Notes: generated from the sequence alone by a model not told the origin. Positions 41,797-56,835 are shown, numbered from the stretch's first letter. The stretch is DNA of 64,000 nucleotides from Octopus vulgaris (GCA_951406725.2 OX597819.1:65410001-65474000), one strand, 5' to 3'. Made by a program: numbers and translations.

Positions 41797-43057
41797 TATA
41801 GATATACCATTGGTAGTGAAATAAAATATAATGAAAAGGAAAATATGGAATATTTGCAAACAAGCAAAAGGAGATAGATAAAGAAAACAGGAATTGCAAT
41901 CGGTGCACGCAAAATAAACTATGTGACAACAACGGCTGATTATTTAACATTTCTTCTTTGAAACGTAAATGGTAAACGTTAAAAGAGATTATATTTCCAA
42001 ACACTAGAGTCACGAACCATCTGCCACCGATGACAACGTGAACTACAAAAAGCATTTAAACGTTTTACTATCGTATTGTTTAACATTCAACTATATTATT
42101 AATATAAACATTATGATTGCATTGCATGCGCAGTATAGGTGTAAATCCAAAGATCGTTACTCGAACATCATTTTCCTAATAAAAAACCTTTTAACAAATA
42201 GCTACATACACACACATACATAGACAGGTATAACAATGTCATTTTAGAAAGAATAAGTCAGGGAACTCAAAACTATAACTCAGCTGCGTAATTACGCCAT
42301 ATTTGAATCTGAAATATATACTTTAAATTGGCACACACCTCATGTTATCGTGTCATGAACTATTCATCACAGCTGATATCTCTATATTAAGAAAAAAAAA
42401 ATCGAGAAGATATTAAGATCTTCAAATATACTAATGTCAAAAATTATAAATAAATTCTATTAAATTGATAAGAACATTTTTGAAACAAAGAAAGCAGTAT
42501 ATGTTTTAAAATCCATATTGTAGGCAACGTTGTTTGATGATAACAGAGTTTATTCTGATTTCTTTTAAAAACATTGCCTTCAAACACATATATATATGTG
42601 TGTGTGTGTGTGTGTGTTTTGTCGCTGATATTGTTAATACTAGTGAAACCTCACTAAATGCATGCGATAGTTCTTAATGTTTAACAGAAACGAATATCAT
42701 CACGTGTTCGGTTAACATTGAGCACACAGCTCTATAATAAGAATTTCATATAAAACACTTAGAAGAATTTAAACAAAGGCATAGGTTTCATTTTCTTTCT
42801 GAAATTATTATTTTCATTTAAAAGAGAAGCCATTGATATCTACGCAAATATATTTGACTAGGAAATCTACCATAAACTTTGGTTCATTAGAAGGTTTATG
42901 TATACACTTTAAGGATATTGGTTTTCCTTAATTTTGTAACAGCTTTATATGTGTTCAATGTTCGATGAAAATTATCAACTGATGGTATATCAACATCGAA
43001 ATTGTATTTGTTTGCTGAAGTTTTGCTTCACTTTCTCTCTCTTATCCCTTCTCTCTA

Positions 43058-43141
<84 letters not shown>

Positions 43142-43149
43142 ATGTTTCT

Positions 43150-44260
43150 TTCTTTTCGCTCTATACACCTCACTCTAATTCTGGTCTCTAGTTACTCAAT
43201 AACGATGTTGCTACATATTTACCAATACTACTTAGGTGTATTATCCAGAAACTACAGAGCTTTCCAGTTGCTTGCATATTTGCATGAGTTACTGAGATAT
43301 TCTGCTGCACTACACTTGCAATGTTACCATATTTTTTGCTATAGCTCCCCATTCTTCTCAATTCTATTCTGTGAGCGGGTACAATATTTTTGGCACGTAT
43401 TTTCTCCCTAAATATTCAAATTGCTTAAAGCATAGCAACGTCATCTTGTATTAAATGTTTTTTTATTGATAACTCTGCAGAATTTTGTTTGTATTGCTTC
43501 AAATAGCATATTTACATGAAAGAAGCAATCACGCGTTTCCAAGTGGTTGTTTACATACAAGATTTTTGTAACCTTCTTTCTTTACTTTTTATTAATATCC
43601 TGTCATTCGCAGACTTAACTTTATCGAAGCCCTTCTCCTCACCAATCGCTATTGAATTTGATTCGTAGGAACCATAGGGAACCTTTATATCTTACATTAT
43701 TTTTCATCCAGCATACTTTCTTTTACTTCTAAAGCATATTCTCTATTACAGATGTCAATATTTTTTTCATATTTTCCATAATTTTCTGCGTCTCACATTA
43801 GACGTTTCCCTATTACTTACTCAAAACCATTAGACGTTGTACTAATATTCTTTTCTTTTTTTCTTTCTATATACCATTTTAATCTTCCGCATTTTCTTAC
43901 ACTTTCAGGGCTCGATTCATTCTCTTTTCATATTATCATGAGAATTTGAACTGATTAGATCAATTCCTCTTTGATATACCATGGGAATGCTTTCATGTAG
44001 GGTTTTCTTGTTACTATTTTTTCATAATCATCTTTGCTTTATTGTGTCAGGGTCAGAGATTTTCTTTGATCTCTAATTCTTTATTCTTAGTACATGTGTT
44101 TTTCAATATTTTTCATTGTTTCTGATAGATTTTTGCTGAATGTGATCTGGGAGTAACCTGTTCTTGTGCCTTTGCATATTTTTGTTTCTTAATATGTAGT
44201 CGAGAGTGGTTTTTATCTAACCTTCATTTAGCTCTTCCACATCAAATCTCTCTGCAAAGA
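43150..44260 (-). mobile_element. Highly decayed LINE reverse transcriptase relic (L1/Tx1-like?)
   Basis: The minus strand reads ..EEKGFDKV (D.EKAFD-like) at ~43620-43645; there are many stops and frameshifts. Confidence 0.4.
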
Positions 44261-44774
44261 GAACGCAGCATTTAGCGTCCTCCTGATTTCAAAGCCTGGG
44301 CTTTATTCGGGAAAGCATTACCCCCAGCTTTTTTTACATTTCTATGGCAATTAAATCTGGTTAGTGTGAGATTTGATTGCTGCATCTAGAAATCTGTGCT
44401 TGTTCTTCATTGCTGTTGCTAAATATCACTTAGTCTCTCTCTCTTCTCTCTCCCTCACTCTTACTCCTAGTCATACTCATTTTTTTCCTTTATTTTTACT
44501 GTGTTATTGGCGTTTTGTGTTGTAGCTTAGCTTTAAGTCTGCTCCAATAAATCATATTCGTGTTCAAAATCATTTCACACTTAACCGTCCTGGTTTTTCA
44601 AAAATACAGTCCCACTCATAAACACATTACCGAAAATGGCCTTTATCTCTAAAGCACTCATGTGAGATTTGTTGGGGATTTCGCTGCTATTTCTAAAGTA
44701 TCGGACACGCTTCCATTCATTGTTATTTTGTCTTATTTACTGTCTCTTTCTTTCCTTCTCTGTCTCTCCATCTT

Positions 44775-44818
<44 letters not shown>

Positions 44819-45840
44819 ATCACTTTCTCCCTTTCACACTGTGTATTTCCATGATAGTTATCTTTCGCCAATTTCAATCAGCTGCTTAATAAAAGAAGAA
44901 AATTATGCGCATATAATTTCTTTTGTTACTCCTAACGTTACACTTTAGCTCTTTCTTACTTTCTCTGTTTTCTTTCCTTCTTTATATCTCTTTCTTTTTC
45001 TCTCTATTCCTTTCTCGCTCTCTGTTTCTTTCTCTCCATCTCTGTCTCTCATTTATTTTTCTCTCCTGAATCATATTTGTTTGTATTTGTATGCATCGCT
45101 GTTATTCTAGTTGTCGTGTCTGTTATTATTTCGGTCCAAATACTTGAAAAGACATACGCACCTCTAACACATCTATCTTTAGTTTTTCAGAGTATAAAGA
45201 CGTCTGTAATTGCCACCGCGCAAATCCCAATTTGAAAGCACCAAGGTATGAGTTGAGAAACACTTGGTTGCTCTTCGAGTGAGTCAGATATAGGTCCTCA
45301 ATACGTAGGCTTCCAAGACCGGATTTTTATTTCTCCCTGAACTGACTGCATTCCTTATACATATTTATTTTCAGCTATTTTTGTGACATTATTGATATCA
45401 AAGATGGTGTTAATTATTAAGATGATGATTAACATCATTTAGAATGATGGTGAATGTAAGTGTAATAATAGATCATGCTAAGAAAATTTGTGACACAGCT
45501 CAGCTAATGAGTAGAAATACGTGAGTGGGAAGGGAGAGTATATGAATAGAAGATTTTGGGTTCGTAGATCTGTTTTCTCATTAGTTATCTCCAGAATTAT
45601 CGCACGCAAGAATCACACCTAATTTGGCATAATCTTCTTAATCTTCACCATACTGATAATATACATGTATATACATACATACACTCACACATATGTATAT
45701 AAATGTATGCATAAAATATATACGCATACACATGTATACACATGTATAAACACATACAGACACTCACATATATATTTATATATATATATGTATATAAATA
45801 GTACACGCACACAGACAAACACACACAAACACACACACAG

Positions 45841-45872
<32 letters not shown>

Positions 45873-46568
45873 GTTCATTATGTATGTCTGTATGTGTGTA
45901 GCTGACTTGTGGTTGTGTGTCTGTGACTTAGTTGGTCAATGGATAAAAGAAAACGAATATTAAATTTATGCGTGAAGAAGACCTAAAAATGTGTGAAATT
46001 ATATAAAAAAAAAAACGACAATGTAAGACATTCGGAAGTTAGAATTACATAGAGACACTGGGAAACAGATAGACATCCTGACAGAAATGCAGAGCTGATT
46101 CTAGAAGGGCTGGAAAGTTGCTGGGTTTAAGGGTATCGTGAAAGGCCTGGTTGGTAACCCAAAATTCCGAGTTCATTTAGAGGGCGTAGAAAGTCTGAAG
46201 GACCGCTGCAATAAGTATGTAGATCCGAGAGGGGAATATGTTGAATAAAATCATATTTAACTGATTCTTCTGTATGTTTATAAATACTTTTCGGTACCTC
46301 CTCGATTATATACTCAGAGCCACCGAATGATAGATCACTCATATAATTTTATAGTTGGGAAGGTCGTTATGTTCACAAAACAGATTTACCTGAGACAAAG
46401 ATAAAAGACATGAGCTCAGAACGACACGCTATTCTATTGGAACTCAAGCCCTACTAATTGCAAGGAAGCTTTTCATATATATTCAGCCATACAAATTCAA
46501 CATGCACACACGCAGTGACACACACACACAAACTCACACACCCATGTATGCATATATATATATATATT

Positions 46569-46603
<35 letters not shown>

Positions 46604-46611
46604 ATATGTAT

Positions 46612-46662
<51 letters not shown>

Positions 46663-46663
<1 letters not shown>

Positions 46664-47168
46664 TAGCAGTATCGCCCGGCGTTGCTCGGGTTTGTAAGGG
46701 AAATAACTATATAAGCATTTTTAGAGAGTTACTTCCCTAATAAATTCGGGCTTTCTTAGCCATTTTTGTTTTGGTGTCTTCAAGCCATGAAGTCGTTGTT
46801 CTAAAAGAACGCTGGTTTCCTTCACAACGCATTACGACGTTGATTTCTTTACACTCCCTTCCCCACAGCTTCACGAGGGAGGGAAGGGGGAGAAGCAAAC
46901 AGGTGCAGCTGTGAGCGTGGACGCCAACTCCGCCGCCATCGACATACGATGCATTTTATGCATTAAAATGGAATAAAAAATTATGTTAAATTATTTTTAA
47001 AATCGTAGATTCATCGTTGACGCGCGCTAATAGTCAGACGGGCTCGATATGAATCACGACTATAAGATACCCGAATTTGGTTAAACTGCACCGCAAAATG
47101 TGGGAGGAGTTAGGAATCTAAATCGAAGGGGACAGACACTCACACAACTAGAGTTTTATATATATAGA
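46663..47168 (-). mobile_element. Non-autonomous Helitron in (TA)n
   Basis: 5' TCTATATATATAAAA at 47168; 3' cccgagcaacgccgggcgatactgCTAG|T at 46663. Confidence 0.8.
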
Positions 47169-47359
47169 TAGATATATATAAATTAGATTAGAGATTGTGT
47201 TAGCCTCATAAATTCTATTTACCTGCTCTAATTCTAATCACCAACTCTATCTTATATCCAATCAACCTACAAACTCGCTCGAACATATACAAATACAAAT
47301 CATAAACAGTATCATTCACTCCGCTATAAATAAAACATCCAACGAGATATATATTTTTA

Positions 47360-47432
47360 CCCCCTGTAGATGGTCATATAAATTTAATATTCAATTAATT
47401 CGACGAGTATTAATTGAAACAGCTGCAAGGGG
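47360..47432 (+). ncRNA. Degenerate hammerhead relic
   Basis: cccc-CTGTAGA-tgg...aattaat..attaatt-GAAAC-agct-GCA-agggg; two core mismatches. Confidence 0.45.
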
Positions 47433-48216
47433 TGGTATGATTGATGCATTGTTGATAATAAACAATTACTAAGCAACCAATCTCCGTTTTCTTTTTCTTT
47501 GATATATGTGTATGTGTATGTTTTACTTATATATATATATACGTATGCATACATTTATATGTATGTGTGTGTGTGTGTGTATTGTATATTCATTTTTGTC
47601 TGTATATTCTTGCCTCACGAACGAAACGTGAGCAAATATGGTTTGGAAATACGTACATTTGCTGATTCACTAGTGTAGCTAACTTCAAAGTTGAGCTTCA
47701 ATGTTTGTGAGGCGTACACATTTCATCATATATATATATATATATATATTGTAAATGGCGGTGCGCCAGCATGGCCACAGCTCATGAGCTGAAACTGGAA
47801 AAATCAAAATCAAAATACATCACATATGTACAAAGTATCATGCGAATATATGTGCAATTGTGGCTGTGTGTTAAGAAGCTTGCTTCCCAGCGATATGGTT
47901 CGATGTTCGGTCTCAACACCTGGCACTTTGGCCAAGCTCCATATTCTACAGCCTGAGGCCGACAGAGCATTCTGTGTAAATTTTGTAGACGGAGGATGAA
48001 ATAAGCATGCCGTATACAGACATATATATATATATATCGGTAGCCATTACACACATGTTTTTCTCTCCTTGTTTTTTTCCTGTGTCCCATTTTGTCGAAG
48101 AGCGTAGGCTCGAAACGTAAAAGACTTTTTCAATTCCTGTGCGTTATACTAATACATCTGTTTGTTTTGTACACCACCTGTCTTCGTCTTTTGTTGTTTT
48201 CGTGAACTCTCCCCCA

Positions 48217-48620
48217 CAGGAGTGGCGGTGTGGTAAGTAGCTTGCTAACCAACCACATGGTTGCGGGTTCAGTCCCACTGCGTGGCATCTTGGGCAGGTG
48301 TCTTCTGCTATAGCCCCGGGCCGACCAATGCCTTGTGAGTGGATTTGGTAGACGGAAACTGAAAGAAGCCTGTCGTATATATGTATATATATATATATGT
48401 GTGTGTGTCTGTTTGTGTGTCAGTGTTTGTCCCCCTAGCATTGCTTGACAACCGATGCTGGTGTGTTTACGTCCCCGTCACTTAGCGGTTCGGCAAAAAA
48501 GAGACCGATAGAATAAGTACTGGGCTTACAAAGAATATGTCCTGGGGTCGATTTGCTCGACTAAAGGCGGTGCTACAGCATGGCCGCCTGTCAAATGACT
48601 GAAACAATGAAAAGCGAAAA
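48217..48620 (+). mobile_element. Well-preserved SINE family 1 copy (partial copies adjacent at 47865-48040 and 48650-48860)
   Basis: tRNA-like head (gtggcggtgtggtaagtagc...gggttcagtccc), cttgggcaggtg, internal microsatellite, 3' tail. Confidence 0.88.
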
Positions 48621-49129
48621 AAAGAGAATATATATATATATAATCTATGTGCGTATGTGTGTGTCTTTGTGCCTGTTTGTGCCCCCTCAAATGCTTTGCC
48701 AACGTTGCTGGTGTGTTTACGTCCCCATAACGCAACGTTTCTACAGACAAAGAGACATATAGAATAAGTAACAGGTTTTAAAACTGTAAGTCCAAGAGTC
48801 GATACGAACGACTAATAATTCTTCAAGGTACTGTCCCAGCGTGGCTGCAGTTTATTGATTGGTCTAGATTTGGCCAAATCCGCTTTTTTTTTCAATATCT
48901 AATTCTCTTTGCAATCGCCGGTTATGTTGGTCAAACTATCGCGTCTCCTGCTGCATCAGAGGCCAAAGTATAAAAAATTGGTCAAAATGTATTAGAACGG
49001 CTTTGGTATGGAATGGTGAAACTATTTCGTTTTCTGCAAAAACAGCGGTTTGGACCTACGATACTTTTGCAATTGTGTGTGTGTGTGTGTTTGTGTTTGT
49101 GTTTGTGTGCATGTTTATATATATAAATA

Positions 49130-49174
<45 letters not shown>

Positions 49175-49308
49175 GCATATGTATATATATATATATATAT
49201 TCATATATATATATACACTCGTATATATAAATACATATATATAAATATAAATATATATTTATATATATACTTATATATATACATATGTATATATGTGTTT
49301 TTTTTTTT

Positions 49309-49353
<45 letters not shown>

Positions 49354-49512
49354 TCTATGCATGCATGTATATATGTATATATATGGTATATGTGCTTGCA
49401 TCTGTGGTGTTCTCTGCAAGTATATACATGCTATGTTGTATGTATGTGTATCAGTATATCTGGTTCTGATTGCAACTTAATTTCTCTGTCTATATCTCCA
49501 CCTGTCTCTCTC

Positions 49513-49563
<51 letters not shown>

Positions 49564-50479
49564 CTATCTCTCGTCATATGTGTGTGCGTGCGCCTGCACC
49601 TACGTGTATACACACATATAACTATAGCGCCAGTCTATATACGTGCACGTCCCTATTCTTTCAAGTGTGTTTAATTATATCTTCAATGCTTGCCTGACAG
49701 CAATAAATTGCTTCTAAAGTTTGCAGTAACGTTTAATTAGTGCGATTTCCTCTCGCCAATGTATGTATGTGTCATACTGGGAAGGGATAGGGATACAAAA
49801 TACAATATGAATATATAGGTGACATCTTAGAAGAAGAAATAGATTTTGCAGAGGAAAATAAGCACAAATTACAAGCGACACAATAAATAAAAAAACACTT
49901 TCATGGTTTAAAATTATTGTTTTCAAACAGCAAATGTCTCTACAACGGTAATAGCGAATAGTACTGCTGCAATAACAATACTCTCTTTATTCTTTAACTT
50001 GTTTCAAGCATTTGACTGCGGCCATGCTGGAACACTGCCTTTAGTCGAGCAAATCGACCTCACGATTAACCTTTGTAAGCCTAGTACATATTCTACCGGT
50101 CTCTTTTGCCGAACCGTTAAGTTACGGGGACGTAAACACACCATCATCGGTTGTCAAGCGATGTTGGGGGCACATACACAGTTACAAATGTGAACTCAGA
50201 ACGTAAAGATTCGGGGAATAGAAGCGACTAAGAATGTTGTCCGACACACTGAAGTATCAGTCAGCTCAACACTTAACAGTGACTGTGAAGATAATAACTA
50301 TAGGCCTGGAATTTTGTGGGTGGGCGCAGCCCAGTGCTTGGCTGGCAATTAACTTATTGTCTTTGAAAGGATAAGCGACAAAGTCGACGGACGAAATGCT
50401 ACTAAGCTTTTTGTCCGGCAGATTAACGTTTCTACCATCTCACTCACCATCTCTTCATGAAGGATTTACAACTTTTCTC

Positions 50480-52420
50480 AAAAACAGAGACTGAAATAGC
50501 GAGGCTGGTCGAGACTATACAGATGTGCATGAAGGGTATAGGAATGGAATTAGATCTCGAAATGTACGGTACTTACTACAAAATAGGAAAGAAAAGCAGA
50601 CCATAAAGGTATAAAACTGCCAAACGGAGAGCGAATGGATGAGCCGAGTGATGGTGAACACAAGTATTTTGCGATCTTGAAGCTAGACAATATCTTAGTC
50701 ATAGCAACGTAATAAATTTCGTCGCTGCATATTTGAAGCCCCTCAGATTTATTTCTCTTGAAGTTAACATTCGATGCAAGGAACCTTGTGACTGCCAGTG
50801 GGCTGTTGCTGTAGCTATAGTTCCCCCCTTTCTGAAATGGAAACAAGCAAAATTTAACCAACTCGATCCACACTACCGGAAAGACAATGCCTTACATCCT
50901 AAAAGTACAAAGGCTGTACGTGAAGACGTGTAAATTGGCACTTGGCCTGAGCGTCGCATGGAGTATTTGATAAACAGAGAACAAGTGTTCTGCTACAATA
51001 TGATGCTAATGCAGAAGGATTTACCAGCGGTGAGATTCAGAGTGTTAAGGAATTCGGATCAGAAATACCCAACGGGAGAGAAGAAACACTACTCCGCATG
51101 CAGTTACATGGTCAGTTCTACAGTGAAACTAACAAAAAAAGCACCGGAACCATTATGAACATGGCTCAGCAAAAATCATGATAAAATGACAAGAGAAAGC
51201 CTGGTCATCGCTGCCCAGGACCAGGTAATTGAATACCAACTGGGAATGCTTTCATGTAGGGTTTTCTTGTTACTATTTTATAACTTCGTTCATATTGCGT
51301 AAAGTACTTTATGCCTGATGTTGTTGTGACTTGACAAACAGTACAAATAATCTCGAATCATTGTCCGGTGTTGGATCGATCCCAAAATCGAATGAGTTCG
51401 TGCTAGTCACGAGGCCAAACATCCCTGAAAGTTTCATCCAAGACCATCTAGCGGTTCTTGAGTGATCTTGTTCACGGAAAAACAAACAAGCAAATACGAC
51501 TGAGAAACAATACCTCCGCATTAACAAAGACGGGGGTAATTATTATAACAATCTTTTCAATTATAGGTACAAGGCCTGTAATTTGGGAGAGTGAATAGTC
51601 GATTAAATCGACCCGAGTGTTTCATGCACTTAATTTATCGACCCCGAAAGAATGAAAGGGAAATTCGACCCCGGCAGAATTTGAACACAGAAAATTGCGA
51701 CGGGTGAAATAACGCTAAGCATTTCGTCAAGAGTGCTAACGATACTGACAGCTAATAAAAATAATAGTAATAATAATTATCATTATTTCAAATTTTGGTG
51801 CAAGAGCAGCATGTGGGAGGTGGCGATGAGATGATTACATCAACCCTAGTCTTTAGCAGTTACTTATTTCTTTGTCCTTGAAAGTACAAAAAGCAAAGTC
51901 GACCTCTGCTGCATTTGAAATGAAAACGTTGCAACGGGCGAAATACCGATAAGTATTTCGACCAGCGTGCTAACGATTCTGCCAGCGAATATTATTAATG
52001 ACAATGAGTAATAGCAAAGACAAGAAAACCTAGGGAATCTACTAGGAATTATGTAGAAAGATAGGATTTGAACATATTAATAAATGGTATGAACGTGAAA
52101 CTAGCAAAGTACTGGAAGGTAAAAATTTAAGCTGTTCTCGGACTTAACCATTTCGACAGACATTTGACTTTATAGTCTCAAATGATGAAAGCATTAATAT
52201 GAGAGGTACCAGGTCTTCGCCATTGAATTACCGTGATTATGGAAATTGCAGGTAAAATGTATCGCGGTAGATATATAGATGCATTAGGGAGAGATGGTTG
52301 ACGATTAGAAAACATGGTTGACGAAATAGGCATAAAATCCAGTTTATTACGGCTCCAGCAATCAGTGCTATACTGAACAGCTAGGATACTTAGGAGGGTT
52401 CTTCGCATCTAAGTTTACTT
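50480..52420 (+). mobile_element. Fragmented old R4/Dong-like LINE, interrupted by SINEs, ending before (AAT)n
   Basis: WAVAV...WKQAKFNQLD..ALHPKS, ESLVIAAQDQ (~51195), KWYE.ETSKVLE (~52080), TARILRRVL (~52380), then (AAT)n at 52482. Confidence 0.7.
51305..51530. mobile_element. Non-autonomous DNA element, possibly CryptonV-like (similar terminal motif at 59040-59077)
   Basis: aaacaatacctccgc terminus here and ccttggcagaggtttgcgctctctgagtg at 59041. The family assignment is from recalled similarity only. Confidence 0.35.
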
Positions 52421-52481
52421 CTTGTAGCCTGATGTTAGGGGTTTTTTTCTTTTTCAACAGTGTAATCTTATGTGTGCATAA

Positions 52482-52483
52482 TG

Positions 52484-52569
<86 letters not shown>

Positions 52570-52640
52570 AAGAAGAAGAAGAAGAAGAAGAAGAAGAAGA
52601 AGAAGAAGAAGAAGAAGATGATGATGATGATGATGATGAT
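52482..52640. repeat. (AAT)n-(AAG)n-(GAT)n compound microsatellite
   Basis: Seen directly. Confidence 0.97.
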
Positions 52641-54080
52641 ATATTTGCCAGAGTGTTGAATGATACCACATCAGTGAAGACAAGATGGTTAAATATGTGT
52701 GCAATAGGCAATCATGCGTTATTAAAACTAGGAAAGAAACAAGAGCACCATACAATATACGCACATATATGTTTGATCGCATGTATACATATAAATGCGT
52801 TCATATGCGCGAGCCTCTATGAGTGTGTGCGTGTGTACTTGTATGTGGAACTTCCCTATGCATTGGTACTGTCCAATAGTAAACAAGTGGGAATGTGTAA
52901 AATTTTGCAGAAATTGAAACGAGATATGAATCAAAGCTTTCGTCCAGAGAAGGTTTGTGTAAGGCGATCTTACGACACTATCTTTGATTCTTTCCATCCA
53001 CTTTGTCCAGGTTGTCTGATAAGTTTTCCTACTGATACGATCTCTGTACAGTTAGAGTTTTCAAGCGGGTAAGAAAAGACATAAAATCTCAGACACGATT
53101 CTACTACGAAATTTAGTGAGAGTAAACATTTGATATTATTCGATGCTTGCCTCTGAATTCACCACATACTGGGAACATGTGGACTACACTTTCAATAATT
53201 TCGCCATATTCTGTAAATGTTTATCTGCTCTATTTCTACTGTTCTCTCTCTGTTTTCATCAAGCACTCTCACCTCATCTGTTAAGGCATATGGAAATAAA
53301 CCCATTATCTTTTTGAAAGGCAGAACTATGTCACTTTTATCCCTTTTCTACAATAATATCGTCAGGCAAAATGTTGGTACATCTCGTGGCGTAAATATCT
53401 TATATTATCTTACATTATTTTTTAAGTGTCGATCTATATTCAGAATTAATTTTTGGCAGACAAGAATGACAGATTATTTATTGCCTTTCCTCTACCTTAC
53501 CTTCTTTCTTGATGTTTATGAAATGTTCTTTGGTTTCTGTGTTGTTTAAACGTCTGTGTTTACTTGTCTAAGTGTTGTCATTTCTACCGTTTGTCATTAA
53601 AAAGAAAAAGACAATAATGCATAATATATTTTCGAAAAAATAAAACACGTCTAACATTTATGTTTCTACGTCTGGTGTAAACCTTCACAGAAGTATCATC
53701 AAACCTAAAAAAATACTAGCAATTTCACATTAGATATTCATAAATATCTACAAGTTTTAAACTAGAGACTATTATTTGTCTTCCTCTTAGTCAGCACGTT
53801 GGCAATAGAGAAAGGAATGAGTCTTATTATGTCTTCATTTCATACGCATAAGCAATGTTCCATATGTCTTTATTTCATATACATAACAAAAGTATCTTAT
53901 GTTTTGAATTCATTTGCATTGTCTCCTTAACTGATACTTATTTTATCGACCTCGAAGGGATGAATGACAGAGCCGACCTCGGTGGAATTTGAACTTAATG
54001 ACGGACAAAATCCCGCTAAATATTTCGCCCAGCGTACTAACGATTCTGCCAGCTCACAGCCTTTAATAATGATATTTCTC

Positions 54081-54152
<72 letters not shown>

Positions 54153-54309
54153 TCAATCCTTTCTACTATAAGAAAAGGCTAGTATTTATTTATCTACCCG
54201 GAAAAATGAAAGGTAAGTCAACTCAGCGGAATTTGAGCACAAACCGTACAGAAGTGTTAAATATTCTGCCAGAATTCTCTATCAAAATGGAGAACAAGAG
54301 AATAAGTAG

Positions 54310-54980
54310 TTAGAAAGGGGACGAATTACATGACCAATTCATACAGTTATCTCAGGTTTTGAAAGTAAAGAACTCTAGTCGTAGCTGATGAAAGGAAACC
54401 TGCTGCTGAAACCGGATCAGTAATTATAGCCGCTGAATAACATTAGCAGGAATTTGATAAAGAGTGGTAAAAGTCACTCAGGGATTAAAGGCAGAAACTG
54501 TGGTAAGGGAGATGAAAGTATTAACCATCTCTTAAGTGAATGCAGTAAGCTAGCAACACAGAACATTATTGCAGGAATGGATGTTTCGGTAAATGAGTGC
54601 AGTTCTATGATAACCGTGTATGTGCATTATAAGCCTAAAAGTAGTATGAAAACAAGTCAGAGGGTGTTTTGCAGAATAAGAACTACAGAATTTTATGCGA
54701 TTTCTCCATAATCTCTGACCATAATATTGAAGCAAGAAGACCAGTTATGATTGTGACGCTCAAAAGTCGTTTGCTCATTACTTTATAAATGATTATTCAT
54801 CGTAGAAATGGAAGAAAATGCAAAATATCAGGATCCATTCACACGGGTGAAGAAATTATGAAAACCGAAGCTGACATTTATTCCTGTCCTAATTGGTGCA
54901 CTTGACGCAACATCCAAGCTGATTCCTGGATGAGGGATATTGTAATTGATACTCACGCTCTCAAACAAGCTGGGAGGTTT
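54310..54980 (+). mobile_element. Decayed R4/Dong-like LINE 3' fragment
   Basis: NCGKGDESINHLLSECSKLA zinc knuckle, DHNIEARRP, IPVLIGAL. Confidence 0.7.
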
Positions 54981-55493
54981 CTCTTTGGTTGTGCATAGTA
55001 GAAACCTCAGTTAATACACTCTTTAGTCTCCTTTTACTTGTTTCAGTCATTTGACTGCGGCCATGCTGGAGCGCCGCATTTAGTCGAGCAAATCGACCTC
55101 ATGACTTATTCTTTGTATGCCTAGTAATTATTCCATCGGTATCTTTTGCCGAACCTCTTTGGTTGGTAAGCGAGCTACTTTCCACACAGCCACTTCTACG
55201 CCTATGATAATGAAAAGTAACAACATAATTATCATATAAAATTCAAATAGTTTACCAAGCATTCAACTTGACAATTAACTCTTAGTATAAAGTATAAAAA
55301 AATACAACCGTAAGCCAGCCAACAACAGTAACAACTAAACTTAATGAACGACAACAAGAGCAGCAACAACAACTATACTGTTACATTCGAAAGCAATTAA
55401 TCAAAACATTGCATGAATCATTCATCAAAATAAAATATATAAGGTATAAGATAAAATGCTCGTAATGAAGATTTATAAAGAGAAATCACCGCC

Positions 55494-55525
<32 letters not shown>

Positions 55526-56835
55526 CAACTATAGCAATAAGAACAACAATAATGATCAGAAAAGCAAAAAGATGGTAAAAGAATAACATTAGATGTCAAC
55601 GGTCTGAACATATTACCTGCAAAAATGGCGATGACCTATTGATCAGAACTGCTACACATATGACAAAATGGATAAATTGGTGATAACGCTCATAACGTAA
55701 TCAAAGATGATGTGGCCAGACCTTTATGGCGCCATCAAGTGAAAACACATGCAGATCAACATTAGAATAACACTAACGAGATCATCAATCCGTGAGGTTG
55801 TGTAACTTACAGTACTGGGGAAAAGGCGTTCTTAGGTTTGCTGAGACCGAATTTAATTCATTTTATCTTTGCTGTAGCCAATACTAAGAATGTACAGTCA
55901 CTGACGCCGGGTCAAAGGGGGATCACGAAACAATCGCTTAAATTGCTGGAAATAATTTCTAAATGAACCACCAGTGTTCTAACACTACGTACCAAACCTA
56001 TTTTACGCAAGAGATTTTATTTTATGGATGGTCTAATGTTGTTATAAATTATGTTTTATCATTTTTATTATTATTTTATATCTATATATATGATATATTT
56101 CGATCTATGAAGTACTATATTGATTTATAGATGAGTATCACCTTCGATTTCTTCAGTACAAATCGTATATCAGCCTGTGTTGCAGGAGTCACAGGTAGTA
56201 CAGACTGTAAAAACGTTAAAATGTCAATTATATCTATATTTATGTTTTTCTTTTCATTTCTGTGCAGATTATGTTTTAATTTTTATCAGGCTTAATGACT
56301 TCTTTTTCGCAAAATAATATTTTTATGAAGGAGAGCGCTGTCGCGATGGAGATGACAGCAATTTACACCCATCTCACCAGCTACTATCTCCGCTTCTTCC
56401 GATTCGAATTGAAAACTATCCGAGAAATACAAAGAAACGAATGCTCTGTGCACTTTCTAAAATCCGAATTATGTATCAACAGTTTGAACCAGAGTGATGT
56501 GAGGGTCCATGATAAAAATAAAACATTACCGATGACTCCATTGAAAGACAAATCGTTAATTAGAGCATAAAAAACCTTATTCTGTTGTTCTTTTACTTGT
56601 TTCAGTCATATCGCTACGACCATTCTGGAGCACCACCTTGAAAGGTATCTTTTAGTCGAACAATTAGACCCTAGAACTTATTTCTTAAACCTAGTATTAT
56701 TCTATCGTTCTCTTTTGCCGAACCGCTAATTTACGTGGATGTAAACACACCAACACCGGTTGTCAGGCGATGATGGGGTGGAGGTCAAACACAAACACAA
56801 AGATACTCACACATAGATATATATATGTGTATATA

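Noticed and set aside
52911-53068. Apparent exon with AG/GTAAGA boundaries
   Set aside because: The product is unrecognisable, and the minus strand (TTWTKWMERIKD) resembles a decayed LINE ORF2 end instead.
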